Assembly (NCBI GenBank): GCA_003565055.1 | Contig: PXDM01000221.1 | Coordinates: 1-35,831 of the forward strand | Source: Paracoccaceae bacterium | Lineage (GTDB): Bacteria > Pseudomonadota > Alphaproteobacteria > Rhodobacterales > Rhodobacteraceae | Direction of reading: 5' to 3' | Length of the DNA: 35,831 bases | Shown: positions 28,798 through 35,831 of the stretch, one piece after another | How the letters are laid out: each line of letters starts with the position of its first letter | Position numbering within the stretch: position 1 is the first letter of the stretch | Translations under genes and position numbers: made by a program | Notes under the pieces: model-generated | The model's database searches: none | What the model was told of the DNA's origin: nothing | What the model saw: only the letters and a program-made list of their open reading frames with translations

Positions 28798-29400
28798 ATG
28801 AGCCAACCGACCCCGGAAATCAATCTCGATCTCGAGAAGGTCGAAGACGCAGGCGCGCGCAGCCACGGGCTGGATTTTCCGCGCACATGGCTGTCCGATG
28901 TGATCGAGAAAGTGCTTGAGCTTGTGTCCTATGTGCTCAATTCAATCTGGATCGTGCTGGTGCTGATCATCGTGGCCAATGTGGCCGGGCGCTACATTTT
29001 CGGCATCAATTACGTCTGGGTCGAAGAAGTGCAATGGCACATGTATGCCGTGGGCTTCATGTTCGGCATCGGCTATGCGCTGATGCATGACAGCCATGTG
29101 CGCGTCGATGTGCTGGCGGCGAATTTCCGCAAGACCACCCGCGCCGTGATCGAGGTCATCGCCATTGTCGGCATCATCCTGCCGCTGTGCTGGATCATCA
29201 TCTCCTACGGCATCCCCTTCGTCGAGGCCTCCTACAATCGCGGTGAGCGCTCATCGGCCCCCGGTGGGCTGGCCAATCGCTGGATGATCAAGGGCGTGAT
29301 CGTGCTCGCCTTCGCCTATATCGGGCTCGCCGCCTTTGCGCGGCTGTTGCGCGTGAGCGCCTATCTGATCAATTTCCCGCGCCCGCGGGCCACACAGTAA
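28798..29400 (+). CDS. dctQ: TRAP small permease
   Basis: Four TM segments, RYIFG, WVEEVQWH, HVRVDV, SSAPGGL. Confidence 0.92.
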   Translation: MSQPTPEINLDLEKVEDAGARSHGLDFPRTWLSDVIEKVLELVSYVLNSIWIVLVLIIVANVAGRYIFGINYVWVEEVQWHMYAVGFMFGIGYALMHDSHVRVDVLAANFRKTTRAVIEVIAIVGIILPLCWIIISYGIPFVEASYNRGERSSAPGGLANRWMIKGVIVLAFAYIGLAAFARLLRVSAYLINFPRPRATQ

Positions 29401-29452
29401 CACCCCCGACCGCCTGCCCAGGCACGGTTTTCAATCAGGACAGGAACAAGGG

Positions 29453-30808
29453 ATGGAAATCAACGAAATCCTCGTCGTCGCGATGCTGATCTCCTTCATC
29501 GCGCTGATCTTCACCGGCATCCCCGTCGCATGGGCGCTGGCCGGTGTCTCGATCGGCTTCAGCTTCATCGCCATCTACGGTTTCGAGTGGTTCAACTGGG
29601 ACACCTATTTCCTCACCGATTTCCGCATCTTCGGGATCTTCGTGCAGCGCATCTGGGGGCAGATGTCGAACTGGATCCTCGTGGCCTTGCCGATGTTCAT
29701 CTATATGGGCCTGATGCTGGAACGCTCCGGCGTCACCGAAAAACTGATGGAGAATTTCATCCAGCTTTTCGGGCGGTTCCGGGGCGGGCTGGCGCTCGGC
29801 GTGGTGCTGATCGGCATCCTGCTCGCGGCCTCCACCGGCATTGTCGGCGCTTCGGTGGTGCTGCTCGCGCTTCTCTCCATGCCGATCATGCTCAAACAAG
29901 GCTACAACAAGGGCTTTGCCTCGGGCGTTGTCTGCTCGGCCGGCACGCTCGGCATCCTCATCCCGCCCTCGATCATGCTGATCATCATGGCCGATCAGAT
30001 GTCGGTCTCGGTCGGCAATCTCTTCATGGGCGCGCTCATTCCGGGACTGATGCTGGGGGTCTTCTACATCATCTACATCATGGGGGCTGCGACCTTCTTC
30101 AAAACCCTTGCGCCTGCCCCGCAAGACCTGCCCCCTGTCACCGCGAAGCTGATCTTCAACACGCTTCTGGCCGTGGTCCCGCCGCTTTTGCTGATCCTCG
30201 CTGTGCTGGGCTCGATCTTCATGGGCCTTGCCACGCCCACCGAGGCGTCGGGCGTCGGTGCCTTCGGCGCGACGCTTCTGGCCGCCGCCAATGGGCGATT
30301 GACGCTCGCAGTGCTGAAAGATGTCGGCATGAAGACCACGCTGACCACCGCCTTCATCTTCGGCATCTTCCTCGGCGCGACGATGTTCGCGGTCGTGATG
30401 CGCCAGCTGGGCGGCGATGAATTCATCACCCGTTCGTTGCAGGGCCTGCCCTTCGGCCCCTCGGGCATCGTGCTCACGATCCTGTTCATCGCCTTCCTTG
30501 CGGGCTTCTTCCTCGACTGGCTGGAAATCTCACTGATCATGCTGCCGCTGGTCGCTCCCGTCGTCGTCCTGCTGGGCTTTGATCAGATCTGGTTCATCGT
30601 GCTCTTTGCCGTGGTGCTGCAAACCAGCTTTCTGACACCGCCCGTGGGCTTTTCGCTCTTCTACCTCAAGGGCGTGGCCCCGCCCGGCGTCACGATCATC
30701 GACATCTACAAGGGCGTCCTTCCCTTCGTGCTCTTGCAGATGCTCGCGGTGATCTGCGTCTTCCTATTCCCGCAACTGGTGCTCTGGTTACCGGGCCGCA
30801 TGCTCTGA
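29453..30808 (+). CDS. dctM: TRAP large permease
   Basis: ALPMFIYMG, ASTGIVGAS, GTLGILIPPSI, ATPTEAS, FLTPPVGFSLFYLKG. Confidence 0.95.
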   Translation: MEINEILVVAMLISFIALIFTGIPVAWALAGVSIGFSFIAIYGFEWFNWDTYFLTDFRIFGIFVQRIWGQMSNWILVALPMFIYMGLMLERSGVTEKLMENFIQLFGRFRGGLALGVVLIGILLAASTGIVGASVVLLALLSMPIMLKQGYNKGFASGVVCSAGTLGILIPPSIMLIIMADQMSVSVGNLFMGALIPGLMLGVFYIIYIMGAATFFKTLAPAPQDLPPVTAKLIFNTLLAVVPPLLLILAVLGSIFMGLATPTEASGVGAFGATLLAAANGRLTLAVLKDVGMKTTLTTAFIFGIFLGATMFAVVMRQLGGDEFITRSLQGLPFGPSGIVLTILFIAFLAGFFLDWLEISLIMLPLVAPVVVLLGFDQIWFIVLFAVVLQTSFLTPPVGFSLFYLKGVAPPGVTIIDIYKGVLPFVLLQMLAVICVFLFPQLVLWLPGRML

Positions 30809-30830
30809 GAGCGCAGAGCAGCCCCTCACG

Positions 30831-30858
30831 AGGCCCCGGTCACCCCACCGGGGCCTTT
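30831..30858 (+). terminator. Terminator after TRAP operon
   Basis: AGGCCCCGGT-CACCCC-ACCGGGGCCT followed by TT. Confidence 0.7.
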
Positions 30859-30930
30859 GCCTGTCTGCCCCTTGCCAAGTGCCGCATTTCTGATAGCGTG
30901 ATTTGATCATATTTTCGCCGGAGATCCCCC

Positions 30931-32253
30931 ATGGCCCTCGACCGTCCCACCCCCAATGACCTGCGCGCCTTCTGGATGCCGTTTACGGCAAACCGCCAGT
31001 TCAAGGCCGCCCCGCGCATGCTGGTCGAGGCCGAGGGCATGTTCTACACCACCTCCGAAGGGCGGCAGGTGCTCGATGGCACTGCCGGGCTCTGGTGCTG
31101 CAACGCAGGCCATCGCCGCCCGAAAATCGTCGAGGCGATCCAGAAACAGGCCTCCGAGCTCGATTACGCCCCCGCCTTCCAAATGGGCCACCCCAAAGCC
31201 TTTGAGCTTGCCAACCGGCTTGTGGACCTGGCCCCCGATGGCATTGATCACGCGTTTTTTGTCAATTCCGGCTCCGAGGCCGTGGAAACCGCGCTGAAAA
31301 TCGCCATCGCCTATCACCGCGCGCGCGGCGACAGTGCGCGCACGCGGCTGATCGGGCGCGAGCGCGGCTATCACGGCGTGAATTTCGGCGGGATCTCGGT
31401 GGGCGGCATCGTCAATAACCGCCGCCATTTCGGCGCGATGCTGGCAGGCGTCGATCACCTGCCCCACACGCATATCCCGGAAAACCAGTGGTCCAAGGGC
31501 CAGCCCGAACATGGCGCGCATCTCGCCGATGATCTGGAGCGCATGGTGGCGCTGCACGGCCCCGACACGATTGCGGCGGTGATCGTGGAGCCCGTCGCAG
31601 GCTCCACCGGCGTGCTGATCCCGCCCAAGGGCTATCTGCAACGCCTGCGCGAGATCACCGCGAAACACGGGATCCTGCTGATCTTTGACGAGGTGATCAC
31701 CGGCTTCGGACGCCTCGGCAGCGCCTTTGGCGCGCAGCATTTCGGTGTGACGCCGGACATGATCACCTGCGCCAAGGGCCTGACCAATGGTGTGATCCCG
31801 ATGGGCGCCGTGCTGACCACGCCCGCGATCCACGACGCCTTCATGCAGGGCCCCGAGCATCTGATCGAGCTCTTCCACGGCTACACCTATTCCGGCAGCC
31901 CGATTGCCTCGGCCGCGGGGCTGGCGACATTGGAAACCTATCGCGAGGAAGGGCTGTTCGAGCGCGCCGCAGAGCTCGCCCCCTATTGGCAGGAGGCCGT
32001 GCATTCCCTGAAAGACAAGCCCCATGTCATCGACATCCGCAATATGGGCCTGATCGGCGCGGTGGAACTGGAGCCCATCGCGGGCAAACCCACGCAGCGC
32101 GCGTTTTCGGCCTTCCTCAAAGCCTATGAGAAAGGCATCCTGATCCGCACCACGGGCGACATCATCGCCATGTCGCCGCCGCTGATCATCGAGAAAGCCC
32201 ATATCGACCAGCTCATCGGCACGCTGGGCGAGGTGCTGGACAGCCTCGACTGA
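30931..32253 (+). CDS. Omega-amino acid (beta-alanine):pyruvate aminotransferase, class III
   Basis: FWMPFTANRQF, DGTAGLWCCNAGH, GYHG, EPVAGSTG, IFDEVITGFGR, CAKGLTNG, FHGYTYS. Confidence 0.92.
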   Translation: MALDRPTPNDLRAFWMPFTANRQFKAAPRMLVEAEGMFYTTSEGRQVLDGTAGLWCCNAGHRRPKIVEAIQKQASELDYAPAFQMGHPKAFELANRLVDLAPDGIDHAFFVNSGSEAVETALKIAIAYHRARGDSARTRLIGRERGYHGVNFGGISVGGIVNNRRHFGAMLAGVDHLPHTHIPENQWSKGQPEHGAHLADDLERMVALHGPDTIAAVIVEPVAGSTGVLIPPKGYLQRLREITAKHGILLIFDEVITGFGRLGSAFGAQHFGVTPDMITCAKGLTNGVIPMGAVLTTPAIHDAFMQGPEHLIELFHGYTYSGSPIASAAGLATLETYREEGLFERAAELAPYWQEAVHSLKDKPHVIDIRNMGLIGAVELEPIAGKPTQRAFSAFLKAYEKGILIRTTGDIIAMSPPLIIEKAHIDQLIGTLGEVLDSLD

Positions 32254-32720
32254 TGAGCAAATCCCTCAAACGCGTCCGGCAGGCGCTGCTTGACGCGGGC
32301 CTGCCCGACACGACCATGGAGGCAGGCGAGGCCCGCACAGCCGAACAGGCCGCGACCGCTTGCGGCTGCGGGATCGACCAGATCGTGAAATCCATCATCT
32401 TCGCGGGCGCAGAGAGCGGCGGGGTGCGGCTGTTTCTGACCGCAGGCGGCAACCGGGTGAATGCCCACAAAGCCTCAGCGCTGGCAGGCGAGGCGCTCAC
32501 CCGCGCCGATGGCACAATGGTCCGCGCGGCGACGGGCTTTGCCATCGGCGGGGTCTCGCCTCTGGGGCATCTGAGCCCCTCGCCCACATGGATCGACCCG
32601 CGCCTGATGGAGTTCGCGACGGTCTGGGCCGCCGCAGGCACGCCGCGTCACGTCTTTTCAATCGACCCTCGGCTGCTTATGTCCCTATGCCACGCAACAA
32701 TCGCGGATTTTGTCGAATGA
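32253..32720 (+). CDS. YbaK/EbsC-family aminoacyl-tRNA deacylase
   Basis: TAEQAA, QIVKS, TGFAIGGVSPLGH, AAAG; coupled to upstream stop (TGATG). Confidence 0.9.
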   Translation: MSKSLKRVRQALLDAGLPDTTMEAGEARTAEQAATACGCGIDQIVKSIIFAGAESGGVRLFLTAGGNRVNAHKASALAGEALTRADGTMVRAATGFAIGGVSPLGHLSPSPTWIDPRLMEFATVWAAAGTPRHVFSIDPRLLMSLCHATIADFVE

Positions 32721-33151
32721 CCCTGCCTGACCCGGAACTCCAGCCGGAATTTTACGCCGATGTCCCGCTCAAGCGCAGCGCCGCCTGGGCGATTGATCTG
32801 GTCGTGACCGCGCTCATGACCGTCGTCGCGCTGGCGCTGACGCTCTTTGTCGGCGCATTTTTCCTGCCGGTGATCTATGCCGCCGTGTCCATCGGCTACC
32901 GCACGGTCATGCTCACCCGCTACGGCGCAACGCTGGGCATGAGTGCCATGGCGCTGAAATGGCGCAGCCTCGACGGGCGCGAACCTGATGCGATGACGGC
33001 CTTCGCCTATAGCGCCGCGCATGCCGGGCTCTGGACCGTGTTTCCGCTGCAAATCGCCTCCATGGTGATGATCCTGCTGACCCCCTATCGGCAGGGCTTG
33101 CATGACATGTTTCTGGGCACCACGATGCTTCACAGGGTCGCGCCGAATTGA
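32717..33151 (+). CDS. RDD family membrane protein, copy 1
   Basis: R..A..ID, GATLGM, RQGLHD; ATGA overlap with ybaK. Confidence 0.9.
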   Translation: MTLPDPELQPEFYADVPLKRSAAWAIDLVVTALMTVVALALTLFVGAFFLPVIYAAVSIGYRTVMLTRYGATLGMSAMALKWRSLDGREPDAMTAFAYSAAHAGLWTVFPLQIASMVMILLTPYRQGLHDMFLGTTMLHRVAPN

Positions 33152-33312
33152 GTGGTCAAAGCGGCCCCTTGCGGTTGAGCGCGCATTACATCATTAACCC
33201 AACAGGACAGGACAAGGATTGCAGTTGAGAAGCCTGCCCGTCTCTGCTTGTTGACAGGAATTTACCGACGAAAATCGCTTTTGCCGAACAGACTACTTAT
33301 GGACCTTCACAG

Positions 33313-33777
33313 ATGAAACTTCCCGATCCGGAGCTGCAGCCGGAATTTTACGCGTATATGCCGCTGAAACGTGCAATTGCCATGCTTCTGGACGTGGTGG
33401 CGGCAGGTGTAATGTGGTTTCCTGTGGTGGTCATTCTGAAGGTTTTCATAGATATATGGATTGATGGTTTCAGATACACAAACCCCTTTATGTTCTACAC
33501 CTTGGCTCTGACATTTCTCGGCTATCGCACCGCCATGCTGGCGCGTTACGGCGCGACGATCGGCATGATGGTGATGGTATTGAAATGGCGCAAACTCGAT
33601 GGTGAGACGCCTGACCTCACCATGGCGTTCAGAAACAGCCTGCTGCATCTGGGGCAATATGTTGTGCTGCCAGTGCAGTTTATCTCATTCGTCATGATTG
33701 TGGCGACGCCACATCGCCAGGGCCTGAACGACATGTTGACAGAGACGACGATGCTGCACAGGTCCGCGCCGGAATAA
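33313..33777 (+). CDS. RDD family membrane protein, copy 2 (diverged paralogue)
   Basis: Aligns end-to-end with copy 1 ([39 protein letters not shown]). Confidence 0.85.
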   Translation: MKLPDPELQPEFYAYMPLKRAIAMLLDVVAAGVMWFPVVVILKVFIDIWIDGFRYTNPFMFYTLALTFLGYRTAMLARYGATIGMMVMVLKWRKLDGETPDLTMAFRNSLLHLGQYVVLPVQFISFVMIVATPHRQGLNDMLTETTMLHRSAPE

Positions 33778-33792
33778 GGCGGTTTCAAAGAC

Positions 33793-33821
33793 TTGGCGAA
33801 TGGCAAAAGCCTTGCTAGTCT
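33793..33821 (+). promoter_or_regulatory. Putative sigma70 promoter of the arginyltransferase-family gene
   Basis: TTGGCG-N17-TAGTCT, 30 bp upstream of ATG 33851. Confidence 0.45.
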
Positions 33822-33850
33822 GCACGCTGTTGTCTTCTGCCGAGTCTGAG

Positions 33851-34705
33851 ATGCGCCATAGCCTACCGACCATCCCGCAATTCTACGTGACGGCCCCCCA
33901 GCCCTGCCCCTATCTCGCGGGCCGGATGGAGCGCAAGCTGTTCACCGCCCTGCAGGGTGAACAGGCCGAGACGATGAATGACACGCTGTCGAAACAGGGC
34001 TTCCGGCGCTCGCAAAACGTGCTCTACCGGCCATCCTGCGCCGAATGCAACGCCTGTCTCTCGGCCCGGATCCGCGTGGCCGATTTCGCGCCCAGCCGCT
34101 CGCAGCGCCGCATCCAGCGCCGCAATGCGCATCTGCAACGCCAGGTGACCAGCGCATGGGCGACCGAAGACCAGTTCGACCTCTTCCGCCGCTACCTCGA
34201 TCATCGTCACGCGGATGGCGGCATGGCCGATATGGATGTGTTCGAATTCGCCGCGATGATCGAGGAAACCCCAGTGCGCACCCGCGTCCTCGAATATGCG
34301 GCCACAGACCCCGACGGCCGGCGCAGCCTGAGTGCAGTCTGCCTGACCGATGTGCTCGATGACGGGCTCTCGCTGGTCTATTCCTTCTTCGACCCGACGC
34401 TGGAGAAAAACTCGCTGGGCAGCTACATGATCCTCGATCAGGTCGCGCTCGCGCGCAAGGTCGGCCTGCCCTATGTCTATCTCGGCTATTGGGTGCCCGG
34501 CAGCCCGAAAATGGATTACAAGGCAAAATTCTCCGCGCTCGAAGTCTATCACGACGGCGCATGGCGCGAGATGACCGACCCCAAGGCGTTTGGGGCGGCC
34601 ACGCATCCGCTCGCCGTGAAGCCGATCGCGGATCAGGTCTCGGGGCTGAAATTGCCGGAAACCGTCAGCGCCCCCATTTCCCCCTCGCCGATCCGCGAGC
34701 TCTGA
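33851..34705 (+). CDS. bpt: Arginyltransferase-family protein (bacterial Asp/Glu leucyltransferase, Bpt/ATE)
   Basis: [50 protein letters not shown]. Confidence 0.9.
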   Translation: MRHSLPTIPQFYVTAPQPCPYLAGRMERKLFTALQGEQAETMNDTLSKQGFRRSQNVLYRPSCAECNACLSARIRVADFAPSRSQRRIQRRNAHLQRQVTSAWATEDQFDLFRRYLDHRHADGGMADMDVFEFAAMIEETPVRTRVLEYAATDPDGRRSLSAVCLTDVLDDGLSLVYSFFDPTLEKNSLGSYMILDQVALARKVGLPYVYLGYWVPGSPKMDYKAKFSALEVYHDGAWREMTDPKAFGAATHPLAVKPIADQVSGLKLPETVSAPISPSPIREL

Positions 34706-34711
34706 GCCCCG

Positions 34712-35320
34712 CTAGCCCCGGAACACGCGCGCCGCGAGGAACACCCGCGAGCCTGCGGTGATCAGACACAGGATGCCAAAGCCCCAGGCCAGCGCCGCGA
34801 AGGCTGCGGGGAAGAGGCAGAGCAGCAGAAAAAACACAATCGTTTCCGTGCCTTCCAGCAAGCCACTGGTGAAATAGAGCGACTTGACCCCATGCGCCTC
34901 GCTGCGCATCTTCTGCTTTTCCGCGAGCACGGCGAAGCCGAGGAAAGTCGCGGCATTGACATAGAAACTCAGGAGCAGAAACGCGCCCGCCAGCCCATGC
35001 GCCCCCGGATCAAGCGCGACGAAAGCCAGCGGGATCGCCGCGTAGAAGACGAAATCGCAGACGATATCGAGAAAGCCGCCGAAATCGCTGACGCCCTGAA
35101 CCCGCGCCACGGCACCATCGAGCCCATCGGCCAGCCTTGACGCAAGAATCAGCGCGATGGCCAGCCAGAAGGCTTGCGCCCAGATCGCCGCCGCCGCCCC
35201 GAGACCCAGCGCAAGCCCGATCAGCGTGACATGATTGGCGCTCAAACCCAGCCGCGCCACAGCCTGCCCCAGCCGGTTCAGCGGCGGGTCGATTAGCGGG
35301 CGCAGATGTCGGTCGAGCAT
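34712..35320 (-). CDS. CDP-alcohol phosphatidyltransferase family protein (YnjF-like)
   Basis: ANHVT, DGLDGAVAR..G.FLD..D signature, GLLEGTET. Confidence 0.9.
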   Translation of the reverse strand: MLDRHLRPLIDPPLNRLGQAVARLGLSANHVTLIGLALGLGAAAAIWAQAFWLAIALILASRLADGLDGAVARVQGVSDFGGFLDIVCDFVFYAAIPLAFVALDPGAHGLAGAFLLLSFYVNAATFLGFAVLAEKQKMRSEAHGVKSLYFTSGLLEGTETIVFFLLLCLFPAAFAALAWGFGILCLITAGSRVFLAARVFRG

Positions 35321-35526
35321 GCAGGTCCTCTCTGTCCGCGCCCCTCCGGGCCGCGCGCCTCACCGTAGCACCCTGCCCCGCCCGAAGATAGGCGATCGAA
35401 GCCACCTGTCGCGCGCTCCGGATGGCAAAAAAAGATGCTGCTACAATCTTGTTAACGATATTTAACTTGTCGACAGACGCGGCTTCACATAACCTCACGC
35501 TGCTGTGACACTCGAGGAGGAACATT

Positions 35527-35831
35527 GTGTTTCGTGCATTTCTAGCTGCGTTGCTTCTGGCGATCCAGGCAGCGCTCGCCGCATTGCTGACGGTCTTGAC
35601 ACCTTCACAACCAGAGGAAGAAGAGGCACCCGAAGAACCCGTTGAAACACCGGAAGAGGAAGCACCGGCGGAAGACGAGGAGCCGGAGGAAGACGAAGAG
35701 CCGGAGGACGAGGAGCCGGAGGACGAAGAACCCGAGGACGAAGAGCCCGAGGACGAGGAGCCCGAGGACGAAGAGCCCGAGGACGAGGAGCCCGAGGACG
35801 AAGAGCCCGAGGACGAGGAGCCCGAGGACGA
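35527..35831 (+). CDS. Secreted or membrane-anchored acidic repeat protein (truncated by window end)
   Basis: Not in ORF track. GAGGAGG SD then GTG 35527; MFRAFLAALLLAIQAALAALLTVLTPSQPEEEEAPEEPVETPEEEAPAEDEEPEEDEE(PEDEE)8PED, open to the end. Confidence 0.8.
   Translation, partial: MFRAFLAALLLAIQAALAALLTVLTPSQPEEEEAPEEPVETPEEEAPAEDEEPEEDEEPEDEEPEDEEPEDEEPEDEEPEDEEPEDEEPEDEEPEDEEPED
35701..35831 (+). repeat. 15-bp coding tandem repeat CCSGAGGACGARGAR
   Basis: Eight full units (35701-35820) plus a partial; 35731-35820 is three exact copies of a 30-bp unit. Confidence 0.97.

Noticed and set aside
35451-35466. GTTAA-N6-TTAAC as a CtrA site upstream of the acidic repeat gene
   Set aside because: Spacer is 6 not 7 nt; may be another operator or half-sites but cannot be assigned.
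35701-35831. CRISPR array
   Set aside because: Contiguous in-frame 15-bp units with synonymous variation and no spacers or cas genes.

Overview
GC-rich alphaproteobacterial chromosomal segment, most consistent with Rhodobacteraceae (inferred from gene content and protein style). Left to right: a truncated class III aminotransferase with a PotABCD-like ABC transporter and divergent LysR; ccmE-argC-murI; a fused indolepyruvate:ferredoxin oxidoreductase divergent from an LsrB/VtlR-like LysR gene; an unannotated ~75-nt sRNA; purL-bolA-grxD; comEC; gltX-gltA; a membrane protein, mazG, DUF1638, tusA, a small hypothetical, glnE; a TakP-family TRAP transporter; an omega-amino acid transaminase, ybaK, two tandem RDD paralogues, an arginyltransferase-family gene, a CDP-alcohol phosphatidyltransferase; and the start of an acidic (PEDEE)n repeat protein cut by the window end. 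No transposase, integrase, CRISPR array, tRNA or rRNA was seen. The best signal is regulatory: the sRNA (SorY/SorX-like, sigma32-type promoter) has a perfect 12-nt antisense match plus anti-SD pairing to the translation-initiation region of the TRAP solute-binding gene 14 kb away, and that TRAP promoter shares a GGTMA-N7-TKACC palindrome with the oxidoreductase/LysR promoter next to the sRNA. All calls come from reading the sequence and recalled family knowledge; no searches were run.
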